DNA from: Oscillospiraceae bacterium
Lineage (GTDB): Bacteria; Bacillota; Clostridia; Oscillospirales; Butyricicoccaceae
Reading direction: 5' to 3'
DNA length: 64,000 bases
Assembly (NCBI GenBank): GCA_015068445.1
Contig: SVKN01000003.1
Span: 3,088 to 67,087, forward strand
The translations under genes and the position numbers were made by a program. Each line of letters begins with the position of its first letter. The first letter of the stretch is position 1. The notes below the pieces were generated by a model that saw only the letters and a list, made by a program, of their open reading frames with translations, had not been told where the DNA came from and did not search any database. Shown here piece after piece: positions 53,308-61,642 of the stretch.

Positions 53308-54576
53308 TCAGTCCTCCTTGCTGATGGAGGCGTCCTTGCTGCCGATGTCCTTGCGGTAGAAGGCGCCGTCGAAGCTGATATACTCCACGCCCTTGTAGCA
53401 GTTCTTCAGCGCCTGGCGCAGGCTCCTGCCAAGGGAGGAGACGCACAGCACGCGCCCGCCCGAGGTGACGAAGGTGCCGTCGGGGCGGCGCTGGGTGCCG
53501 GCGTGGTAGATGGTGCCGTATTTGGCGGCCTCGTCGAGGCCGCGGATGACCTTGCCCTTTTCATAGGAGCCAGGATAGCCGCCGCTGGCCATGACGACAC
53601 AGGCGGAGCTGGTGTCCAGGAACTTGACTCTGGCCCGGGCGAGACGGCCGGCGCGGCAGGCGATCATGATGTTCAGCAGGTCGCTGGTCAGCAGGGGCAG
53701 CACCACCTGGGTCTCGGGGTCGCCGAAGCGGGCGTTGTACTCGATGACCTTGGGGCCGTCCACGGTGAGCATCAGGCTGACGTACAGCACGCCCTTGAAG
53801 GGGTGGCCCTCCTGCTGCATGCCCTGGATGGTGGGCAGGAAGATCTCATGCATGCACACGTCCGCCATGGCGGGGGTGTAGTCGGACACGGGCGAATAGG
53901 CGCCCATACCACCGGTGTTGGGACCCTCGTCGCCGTCGAAGGCGCGCTTGTGGTCCTGGGCGGCGGGCATGGGGACGATGGTCTCGCCGTCCGTGAAGCA
54001 CAGGACAGAGACCTCAGGGCCCGTGAGCATCTCCTCAAAGAGGACCTGCTGGTCTTCCTTACCCTTGCAGAGCGTCTTCTGGGCCTTGACGGCCTCCTCG
54101 CGGGTCTTGCAGACGACGACGCCCTTGCCGGCGGCAAGGCCGTCCATCTTCAGCACCACGGGGACCGGGCAGGTCTTGACATATTCTGCCGCCTCGGCGG
54201 CGTTTAAGCACAGATGATAGGAGGCCGTGGGAATGTGGTACTTCGCCATGAACTCCTTGGCGTAGTTTTTCGACCACTCCAGCCGCGCGGCGGCCTTTGT
54301 GGGGCCGAAGCACTGGAAGCCGTTGTCCTCCAGCAGATCGACCATGCCCAGGGCCAGAGGATCGTCGGGGGTGACGACGACGAAATCGGGCTGGTTTTCG
54401 AGGCAGAACTTCAGGATACCCTGCAGGTCGGTGGCGGCGATGGGGACGTTCTCACAGAAGTTCTCCGTGCCGCCGTTGCCGGGGGCCATCCAGATCTGCT
54501 CGACGGCAACGTTTTTTGTAAGGGCTTTGGCGATGGCGTGCTCGCGCCCGCCGCCGCCGATCACTAATATACGCAT
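53308..54576 (-). CDS. purD: phosphoribosylamine-glycine ligase
   Basis: MRILVIGGGGREHAIAKAL with an ATP-grasp body. The tracked upstream extension to 54732 overlaps purH and is discarded. Confidence 0.93.
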   Translation of the reverse strand: MRILVIGGGGREHAIAKALTKNVAVEQIWMAPGNGGTENFCENVPIAATDLQGILKFCLENQPDFVVVTPDDPLALGMVDLLEDNGFQCFGPTKAAARLEWSKNYAKEFMAKYHIPTASYHLCLNAAEAAEYVKTCPVPVVLKMDGLAAGKGVVVCKTREEAVKAQKTLCKGKEDQQVLFEEMLTGPEVSVLCFTDGETIVPMPAAQDHKRAFDGDEGPNTGGMGAYSPVSDYTPAMADVCMHEIFLPTIQGMQQEGHPFKGVLYVSLMLTVDGPKVIEYNARFGDPETQVVLPLLTSDLLNIMIACRAGRLARARVKFLDTSSACVVMASGGYPGSYEKGKVIRGLDEAAKYGTIYHAGTQRRPDGTFVTSGGRVLCVSSLGRSLRQALKNCYKGVEYISFDGAFYRKDIGSKDASISKED

Positions 54577-54595
54577 AGACTCTTCTTTCTCAGTA

Positions 54596-55768
54596 TCAAT
54601 GGTGGAACAGACGGATGCCCGTGAACGACATGACGATGCCGTATTTGTCGCAGACGTCGATGACGTTGTCGTCGCGGATGGAGCCGCCGGGCTGGACGAT
54701 ATATTTAGCGCCGGACTTGTGGGCGCGCTCAACGTTGTCGCCGAAGGGGAAGAAGGCGTCGGAGCCGACGGTGACGTCGGTGTTCTTGGCGATCCATTCC
54801 TTCTTCATCTCGGCCGTCAGCACGGGAGGCTTGACCTTGAAGATCGTCTGCCAGGTGCCCTCGCGCAGAACGTCGTCATACTCGTCGGAGATGTAGACGT
54901 CGATGGCGTTGTCGCGGTCGGGGCGCTTGATCTTGTCAACGAACTGCAGGTCCAGCACGTAGGGATGCTGGCGCAGGAACCAGTTGTCGGCCTTGTTGCC
55001 CGCCAGACGCGTGCAGTGGACGCGGGACTGCTGGCCGGCGCCGACGCCGATGGTCTGGCCGTCCTTGACGTAGCAGACAGAGTTGGACTGGGTGTATTTC
55101 AGCGTGATCAGGCTGACGAGCATGTCGCGCACGGCCTCGGGCGGCAGCTCCTTGTTCTTCGTCACGACGTTCTGCAGGATGCTCTCGTCCAGCTTGAGGG
55201 CGTTGTAGCCCTGCTCGAAGGTGATGCCGAAGATGTTGCGGCGCTCCACGGGCGCGGGAGTGTAGTCGGGGTCGATCTGCACGACGTTGTAGCCGCCCTT
55301 GCGCTTGTTTTTGAGGATCTCCAGCGCCGCGTCGGTATAGCCGGGGGCGATGACGCCGTCGGACACCTCGCGGGAGATGAGCTTCGCCGTGTCCTCGTCG
55401 CAGACGTCGGACAGGGCGGCCCAGTCGCCGTAGGAGCTCAGGCGGTCCGCGCCGCGGGCGCGGGCGTAGGCGTTGGCCAGCGGGGACAGGCCGTCGCGGA
55501 CGAAGTAGATCTTGCGCTCCACCTCGGTCAGATGCTCCTTGGCCAGCGCGGCGCCGGCGGGGCTGACGTGCTTGAAGGACGCGGCGGCGGGCAGGCCGGT
55601 GGCCTCCTTGAGGGCCTTGACCAGCTGCCAGCTGTTCAGTGCGTCCATGAAGTTGATATAGCCGGGCCGGCCGCTGAGGACCTGCAGGGGCAGCTCGCCC
55701 TCGGCCATGAAGATGCGGGCCGGCTTCTGGTTGGGATTACAGCCGTACTTGAGTTCGAGTTCGGTCAT
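54596..55768 (-). CDS. purH: AICAR formyltransferase (PurH transformylase domain only)
   Basis: MTELELKYGCNPNQKPA...FKHVSPAGAA...VIAPGY...VQPGGSIRD, about 390 aa, lacking the MGS-like cyclohydrolase domain. SD TAAGGAGAG. Confidence 0.88.
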   Translation of the reverse strand: MTELELKYGCNPNQKPARIFMAEGELPLQVLSGRPGYINFMDALNSWQLVKALKEATGLPAAASFKHVSPAGAALAKEHLTEVERKIYFVRDGLSPLANAYARARGADRLSSYGDWAALSDVCDEDTAKLISREVSDGVIAPGYTDAALEILKNKRKGGYNVVQIDPDYTPAPVERRNIFGITFEQGYNALKLDESILQNVVTKNKELPPEAVRDMLVSLITLKYTQSNSVCYVKDGQTIGVGAGQQSRVHCTRLAGNKADNWFLRQHPYVLDLQFVDKIKRPDRDNAIDVYISDEYDDVLREGTWQTIFKVKPPVLTAEMKKEWIAKNTDVTVGSDAFFPFGDNVERAHKSGAKYIVQPGGSIRDDNVIDVCDKYGIVMSFTGIRLFHH

Positions 55769-55778
55769 GATGCTCTCC

Positions 55779-56480
55779 TTACCGGTTCTTGTTGATGATG
55801 ACGGTCTCGGTCTGCTTCGTCTCTCGGTCGACGGTGCGGACAAACAGGGAGACCTTGTTGTCCTCGTTGAGGTACGTCCACACCTCGTCCGCGATCTCCT
55901 GCGCCGTGCCGTGCAGGCGCACGGTCTCGGGCTCGCCCTCGAAGGAGGGCGGGGTCTGGGCGTTCATCTTGTAGGTGTGGATGAAGTGGCCGATCCCGGC
56001 CAGAGGCTTGTCGTACTCGAAGAAAAAGCGCTTATTGCAGGTGGGGTCGCCGTCGAAGCTCTTGAGGATCGACAGGACGTAGGAGCCGTCGGCGCAGGCA
56101 ACGCCCGAGACGCGGGGGGTGTAGATGGGGGGATCGGGCTCGAAGCAGCGGGTGCGCAGCGCCTCGATATAGCTCTTGCCCTCGGCCATGGCGTCCCGGA
56201 TGGTGTCGGTCTGGTCGCCGTTGGTGACGATCAGATCGTCGCCCAGCACGCGCACGGGGTGGTAGATGACCAGGGACGGGTCGCCCAGCAGCGAGGGGTC
56301 GAAGGCCTGGGTGCGGATGCCGTCCTCGGTCTCGACGAAGACGCGGTTGCGGCTGTTCTGACTGCGGCCCATGATGAAGTAGACGATGACCGTCTGATCC
56401 TTCTCGTTATGGCCGAGAATGATGCCGCGGCCGGGGTAGGTGTTTTCAGAAAGAAGCTGTTTCAGTTCAAATACTTCCAT
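55779..56480 (-). CDS. IMP cyclohydrolase, PurO-like (archaeal type)
   Basis: NTYPGRGIILG...VIVYFIMGRSQNSRNRVF resembles the PurO/IMP_cyclohyd family. It lies directly upstream of the cyclohydrolase-less purH. Confidence 0.75.
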   Translation of the reverse strand: MEVFELKQLLSENTYPGRGIILGHNEKDQTVIVYFIMGRSQNSRNRVFVETEDGIRTQAFDPSLLGDPSLVIYHPVRVLGDDLIVTNGDQTDTIRDAMAEGKSYIEALRTRCFEPDPPIYTPRVSGVACADGSYVLSILKSFDGDPTCNKRFFFEYDKPLAGIGHFIHTYKMNAQTPPSFEGEPETVRLHGTAQEIADEVWTYLNEDNKVSLFVRTVDRETKQTETVIINKNR

Positions 56481-56489
56481 GGCTTGCTC

Positions 56490-57113
56490 CTATTCGATGA
56501 TGACGCGGTCGTTTTCGATGTGCAGGCGGCCCTGGCAGAACAGCGTGACGGCCCGGGGCAGCAGCACGTGCTCCGCCTGGCGCATGATGCGCTGCTGCAG
56601 CGTCTCCGGCGTGTCGGAGGGCAGGATCTCCACGGCCTTCTGCAGGATGATGGGGCCGCCGTCGGTGATGGCGTCGACGAAGTGGACGGTGGCGCCGCTG
56701 ACGCGGACGCCCTTTTTCAGCGCGGCCTCATGGACGTGCAGGCCGTACATGCCGTCGCCGCAGAAAGCGGGGATCAGGGACGGATGGACGTTGATGATCT
56801 TCCCGCGATACTTTTCGCAGAAGGCGGCGCTGAAGATCTTGAGGAAGCCCGCCAGCACGATCAGGTCGGGCTTGACCTCGCGCTCCAGCAGCTCGTCCAG
56901 CGCCTGACTGTACTCCTCGACGCTCAGGCCCCTGGAGGAGACGAAGTAACCGGGGATCCCGGCGTTTTTCGCCCGCTCCAGCGCATAGGCGTTTTTGGCG
57001 GAGGAGATCACGGCCGTGATCTCGCCGCCGCCCAGACCGGATGACTGCTGCCGGTCGATCAGCGCCTGCAGGTTGGTGCCGCCGCCGGAAACGAAGACGG
57101 CGATGCTCAGCAT
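56490..57113 (-). CDS. purN: phosphoribosylglycinamide formyltransferase
   Basis: MLSIAVFVSGGGTNLQALID...INVHPSLIPAFCG...SGATVHFVD. The tracked extension to 57872 is antisense-free overlap with purM and is an artefact. Confidence 0.9.
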   Translation of the reverse strand: MLSIAVFVSGGGTNLQALIDRQQSSGLGGGEITAVISSAKNAYALERAKNAGIPGYFVSSRGLSVEEYSQALDELLEREVKPDLIVLAGFLKIFSAAFCEKYRGKIINVHPSLIPAFCGDGMYGLHVHEAALKKGVRVSGATVHFVDAITDGGPIILQKAVEILPSDTPETLQQRIMRQAEHVLLPRAVTLFCQGRLHIENDRVIIE

Positions 57114-58150
57114 AGCTCCACCTTGTCCTCGCCCCTGACGACCTCGCCCAGCACATAGGCGCCGACGCCCTGGGCCTTCAGGACCTCGAGGGCCTTGTCG
57201 GCGGTGTCTTTGGAGGTGATCATCGTCATGCCGACGCCCATGTTGTAGGTGTTGAACATGTCGCGCTCGGGGATATCCCCGGTGCGCTGCAGCAGGGAGA
57301 AGACGGCGGGCGTCCTGACGGCCGCCTTTTCGATGCGGGCGCAGAGACCGTCGGGGATGGAGCGGGGGATGTTCTCGTAGAAGCCGCCGCCCGTGATGTG
57401 GCTGACTCCCTTGACGTCGGCGGCTGCGATGGCGGCCAGCACGGGCTTGACGTAGATGACCGTAGGGGTCAGCAGCGCGTCGCCCAGGGTCGTGCCCAGC
57501 TCGTCGTAATACCTGCCCAGATCGGCGTGCTCCACATCGAAGACCTTGCGGACCAGGGAGTAGCCGTTTGAGTGGATGCCCGAGGAGGGCAGCGCCAGGA
57601 TGACGTCGCCCGCCTGCATGCGCTTGTTGTCCAGCACCTTTTCCCGGTCGACGATGCCGACGGAGAAGCCCGCCAGATCGTAGTCGTCGGCGGTCATGGT
57701 GCCGGGATGCTCGGCGGTCTCGCCGCCGATGAGGGCGCAGCCGGCCTGCACGCAGCCCTCGGCCACGCCGGCGACCAGCGCAGCCACCTTTTCGGGGATA
57801 TTCTTGCCGATGGCGATGTAGTCCAGGAAGAAGATGGGCTTCGCGCCGCAGCAGATGATGTCGTTGACGCACATGGCGACACAGTCGATGCCCACCGTGT
57901 CATGGCGGTCCATCAGCTGAGCGATGCGCTGCTTTGTCCCGACGCCGTCGGTGCCGGAGACGAGAACGGGGCTCTTCATGCCCGTGAGATCGGGCGCGAA
58001 CAGGCCGCCGAAGCCGCCGATATCGGACACGACGCCGGGGATGAAGGTCCTCTCGACGTGCTTTTTCATCAGTCGGACGCCCTCATAGCCGGCGCGGATA
58101 TCGACGCCGGCTTTGGCGTAGCTCTCGCTGTGACTGTCGTTGTGGCTCAT
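57107..58150 (-). CDS. purM: phosphoribosylformylglycinamidine cyclo-ligase (AIR synthetase)
   Basis: YAKAGVDIRAG...DGVGTK...DCVAMCVNDI...GGETAEHPG. Confidence 0.95.
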   Translation of the reverse strand: MSHNDSHSESYAKAGVDIRAGYEGVRLMKKHVERTFIPGVVSDIGGFGGLFAPDLTGMKSPVLVSGTDGVGTKQRIAQLMDRHDTVGIDCVAMCVNDIICCGAKPIFFLDYIAIGKNIPEKVAALVAGVAEGCVQAGCALIGGETAEHPGTMTADDYDLAGFSVGIVDREKVLDNKRMQAGDVILALPSSGIHSNGYSLVRKVFDVEHADLGRYYDELGTTLGDALLTPTVIYVKPVLAAIAAADVKGVSHITGGGFYENIPRSIPDGLCARIEKAAVRTPAVFSLLQRTGDIPERDMFNTYNMGVGMTMITSKDTADKALEVLKAQGVGAYVLGEVVRGEDKVELC

Positions 58151-58153
58151 GAT

Positions 58154-59572
58154 TTATTCCTTTCCTGTCCAGCAGTAGGTGCAGATGTTTTCAGGGTCGA
58201 TGCCGATGGCGTCCAGCTCGCCCTTGAGCGTCTGGAAGCGCAGGCTCGTGAAGTTCAGCTCGCGGCCGATCTCCTCGATCATGGCCTTGCCGCGGTCCGT
58301 CATGATGTCGGAATACTCGTCCATGTGTCTGAAGCCGTCCTCGCCCTCCAGCTTCATGACCACCCGGCGGGCGATCAGCTCCATCTCGGAGCTGGAGCGG
58401 GAGAAGTTGAGGTACTTGCAGCCGTAGGTGATGGGCGGGCAGCCCGAGCGGATGTGGACCGCCTTGGCGCCGCTTTCATAGAGAAACTGGACGGTCTCGC
58501 GGGTCTGGGTGCCGCGGACGATGGAGTCGTCCACCATCAGCAGGCTCTTGCCCTCGATCAGCTCGCGCACGGGCACCAGCTTCATCCGCGCCACCAGGTT
58601 GCGCATGCTCTGGCGGGTGGGCATGAAGGAGCGGGGCCACGTGGGGGTGTATTTGATGAAGGGGCGGGCGAAAGGCACGCGGGAGCGGTTGGCGTAGCCG
58701 ATGGCGTGGGCCGTTCCGCTGTCCGGGATGCCGGCCACGTAGTCGATGTCGAGATCGAGGCCCTCGTTCATGTCGTTCTGGGCCATGATCTCGCCGCAGC
58801 GGGTGCGCATGGTCTCTACCGTGACGCCCTCATAGTGGGAGTTGGGGTAGCCGTAATACGTCCAGAGGAAGGCGCAGATGCGCATTTTCTTCTGCGGCTC
58901 CTGGACCACCTCGACGCCCTCGGGGGTGATGCGGACGATCTCACCGGGGCCCAGATCGCGCATGTCCACATAGCCCACCTTCTGATAGGCGAAGGACTCG
59001 AAGGACACGGCGTAACCGTCGTCACGCCGGCCCAGCATCACGGGCAGGCGGCCGTAGCGGTCGCGGGCGGCGTAGATGCAGTCAGGCGTCAGGATCATGA
59101 TGGACATGGAGCCCTCGATCTTCTCCTGGGCGTGACGGATGCCCTCGGGGATCGTCCAGCCCTCGTTGACCAGGGCGGCGACGAGCTCGGTGGCGTTGAT
59201 GCGCCCGCCGCTCATCTCGAGGAAGTGGCGGTTCTGGTTCAGGACGCGGGTGACCAGCTCCTCCTCGTTGTTGATCTTGCCCACGGTGGTGATGGCGTAG
59301 TTGCCCAGGTGGGAGCGGATCAGCAGGGGCTGGGGCTCGTAGTCCGAGATGCAGGCGATACCGGCGTTGCCGACCATATCGTCGGCCTCATGCTCGAACT
59401 TCGTGCGGAAGGGGGAGCTTTCGATATTGTGGATGGCGCGCTGGAAGCCCGCCTCGCGGTCGTACATGACCATGCCGCCGCGGCGGGTGCCCAGATGCGA
59501 GTGATAGTCTACGCCGAAGAACAGGTCGTAATGACAGGGGTTCTTGGAGGTGATGCCGAAGAAGCCGCCCAT
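58154..59572 (-). CDS. purF: amidophosphoribosyltransferase-like protein lacking the N-terminal Cys nucleophile
   Basis: The PRT-type C-terminal domain (VDDSIVRGTQ) and Ntn-fold N-domain are present, but the protein starts MGGFFGI instead of MCG(I/V)FG. A stop lies 2 codons upstream, so no extension is possible. Confidence 0.85.
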   Translation of the reverse strand: MGGFFGITSKNPCHYDLFFGVDYHSHLGTRRGGMVMYDREAGFQRAIHNIESSPFRTKFEHEADDMVGNAGIACISDYEPQPLLIRSHLGNYAITTVGKINNEEELVTRVLNQNRHFLEMSGGRINATELVAALVNEGWTIPEGIRHAQEKIEGSMSIMILTPDCIYAARDRYGRLPVMLGRRDDGYAVSFESFAYQKVGYVDMRDLGPGEIVRITPEGVEVVQEPQKKMRICAFLWTYYGYPNSHYEGVTVETMRTRCGEIMAQNDMNEGLDLDIDYVAGIPDSGTAHAIGYANRSRVPFARPFIKYTPTWPRSFMPTRQSMRNLVARMKLVPVRELIEGKSLLMVDDSIVRGTQTRETVQFLYESGAKAVHIRSGCPPITYGCKYLNFSRSSSEMELIARRVVMKLEGEDGFRHMDEYSDIMTDRGKAMIEEIGRELNFTSLRFQTLKGELDAIGIDPENICTYCWTGKE

Positions 59573-59575
59573 CGG

Positions 59576-60286
59576 TTATTCACCCATCAGCCTGCGCAGG
59601 ATCTCCTGGTAAGCATCCTCCACATGGCCCAGATCGCGGCGGAAGCGGTCTTTGTCCAGCTTTTCATGGGTCTTGCTGTCCCAGAAGCGGCAGGTGTCGG
59701 GGGAGATCTCGTCGGCCAGGACGATGGTGCCGTCGCTGAGGCGGCCGAACTCCAGCTTGAAGTCCACCAGGTCGATGCCGTTTTCCTTCATGAAGGCCTT
59801 GAGGAACTCGTTGACCTTGAAGGCGTACTTCTTGATGGTCTCGATCTCTTCGGCGGTGGCCAGCTTCAGGGCCAGGGCGTGATAATCGTTGATCAGGGGA
59901 TCGCCCAGATCGTCGTTCTTGTAGGAGAACTCGATGGTGGGCTGGTCGAAGACGATGCCCTCCTCGACGCCGTAGCGCTTGGAGAAGGAGCCGGCGGAGA
60001 TGTTGCGGATGATGACCTCCAGCGGGACGATGGAAACCTTCTTGACCAGCGTCTCACGGTCGCTGAGCTGCTCGACGAAGTGGGTGGGGACGCCCTCCTT
60101 CTCCAGCTTCTGCATGAGGAAGTTGGTCACCTTGTTGTTGATGACGCCCTTGCCGACGATGGTGCCGCGCTTCTCGCCGTTGAAGGCGGTGGCGTCGTCC
60201 TTGTAATCGACGATGAAGAGCTCGGGATCGTCGGTGGCGAATACTTTCTTGGCTTTTCCTTCGTAGAGCTGTTCCAGCTTTTTCAT
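59576..60286 (-). CDS. purC: SAICAR synthetase
   Basis: [10 protein letters not shown]...[10 protein letters not shown]...LVDFKLEFG...[12 protein letters not shown]. Confidence 0.95.
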   Translation of the reverse strand: MKKLEQLYEGKAKKVFATDDPELFIVDYKDDATAFNGEKRGTIVGKGVINNKVTNFLMQKLEKEGVPTHFVEQLSDRETLVKKVSIVPLEVIIRNISAGSFSKRYGVEEGIVFDQPTIEFSYKNDDLGDPLINDYHALALKLATAEEIETIKKYAFKVNEFLKAFMKENGIDLVDFKLEFGRLSDGTIVLADEISPDTCRFWDSKTHEKLDKDRFRRDLGHVEDAYQEILRRLMGE

Positions 60287-60792
60287 AATGTTACCTCCGT
60301 TACGCTGTATTGATTTCTGATGTTTTCGTCCTTTTCGATGATCTTGCGTTCCATGTCCTTCTTGTACTGGCGCATGGCCTCGCGCAGCGAGGGCTCGCTG
60401 CCCGAGAGGATCTGCACGGCCAGCAGCGCGGCGTTCTCCGCGCCGTTGATGGCCACGGTGGCCACGGGGATGCCCGAGGGCATCTGCACGGTGGACAGCA
60501 GGCTGTCGAGGCCGTCCATGGTGCTGGATTTGACGGGGACGCCGATGACGGGCAGCACGGTGTTGGCGGCCAGCACGCCGGCCAGATGCGCGGCCTTGCC
60601 CGCGGCGGCGATGATGACGCCCGCGCCCTGTTCCTCGGCGGTCTTGCTGAGCTCCTCCGCGGCGGCGGGGGTGCGGTGAGCCGAGACGATGCGCACGTCA
60701 AAGGGAACGCCGAAGCTGCGCAGCACCCGGATGGACCCCTCCATGACCTGCAAATCGGAATCGGAGCCCATGACGACGATTACCTTTTTCAT
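60283..60792 (-). CDS. purE: 5-(carboxyamino)imidazole ribonucleotide mutase / AIR carboxylase catalytic subunit
   Basis: [11 protein letters not shown]...VSAHRTP...[11 protein letters not shown]...PVIGVPV. Confidence 0.95.
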   Translation of the reverse strand: MKKVIVVMGSDSDLQVMEGSIRVLRSFGVPFDVRIVSAHRTPAAAEELSKTAEEQGAGVIIAAAGKAAHLAGVLAANTVLPVIGVPVKSSTMDGLDSLLSTVQMPSGIPVATVAINGAENAALLAVQILSGSEPSLREAMRQYKKDMERKIIEKDENIRNQYSVTEVTL

Positions 60793-60818
60793 GATCCCAT
60801 CCTTTCCTTTTGCTGAGA

Positions 60819-60852
60819 TAAAAAGCTAAAAGCACCCGTTTTCGGGTGCTTT
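60819..60852 (-). terminator. intrinsic terminator within the pur leader
   Basis: Minus strand reads AAAGCACCCG-AAAA-CGGGTGCTTT followed by TAGCTTTTT. It lies about 30 nt upstream of the purE SD. Confidence 0.6.
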
Positions 60853-60978
60853 TCAAGACAGCGCGGTGCGGCCGGGCGCAGAGATGCCCGCGGAACGATC
60901 AAGCTCGCGTTTCACCGTCCGTACAAGCATTTCCAGCATCTTCCCGTCCCCTTCCGCGAAAACTAAAAATACATTGTA

Positions 60979-61007
60979 ATTATACAATTAAATCCTTTTT
61001 TTCGCAA
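60979..61007 (-). promoter_or_regulatory. promoter of the pur operon
   Basis: Minus strand reads TTGCGA - 17 nt - TATAAT. Confidence 0.6.
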
Positions 61008-61106
61008 CAGTTTGATAGCGCTAACTTATCATTTTGGCGATTTGTCCATAAAACAGTCCTGCGCGCGGGCAAAAGATAGCGCTTTTGCCGCCAGTGCAAG
61101 ATGCTC

Positions 61107-61135
61107 TTGAAACGGGAGGCAAAGCCGTATATAAT
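61107..61135 (+). promoter_or_regulatory. promoter of the C_GCAxxG_C_C gene
   Basis: TTGAAA - 17 nt - TATAAT. Confidence 0.55.
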
Positions 61136-61167
61136 AGGTATCAAACAGAAATTGGGAGGATCACATC

Positions 61168-61602
61168 ATGGATAAACTGAGCGGAAGCGAGCTGATGAAA
61201 AACGGCTGCAACTGCGCCCAGGCGGTGCTGTGCAGTCTCTGCGAGGAGACCGGCCTCACCGAGGAGCAGGCCATGCGTCTGGCATGTCCCTTCGGCGGCG
61301 GCGCGCGCAGCGGCGAGCTGTGCGGCGCGGCCAGCGGCGCACTAATGGCGCTGGGCTACGTGACCGGCAACACCGACCGCACCGACAAGGAGGCCCAGAA
61401 GAAGGCCTACGCCTACTACATCGAGTTCACGAAGCGCTATAAAGAGAAGTTCGGCTGTCTGGCCTGCCGCGAGCTGCTGGGCGTCGAGACCTCCACCCCC
61501 GAGGGCCATGCCTACATGCAGGCGCACCCCGAGCTGCGGCAGAAGTGCTGGGCCATGGTGGACTGGTCCGTGGAGACCGTCAGGGAACTGCTGGCGAAAT
61601 AA
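61168..61602 (+). CDS. C_GCAxxG_C_C-family putative redox protein
   Basis: [13 protein letters not shown]...CPFGGG...LCGAASGA...FGCLACREL is the Cys pattern of the family. Confidence 0.8.
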
Positions 61603-61642
61603 ATCGAGTCCGACGGATCATCATTGAGGTAAGCAATCAGTT

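Noticed and set aside
60793-60975. Guanine/adenine, ZTP (pfl) or PRPP (ykkC-2b) riboswitch, or PurR PurBoxes, upstream of purE.
   Set aside because: None of the conserved cores is visible by eye. CCGCGGGCA resembles but does not match CCGCCUGGGCA, and the 5' ZTP half (GACUGGCG) is absent. The region is reported only as a leader of unknown class.
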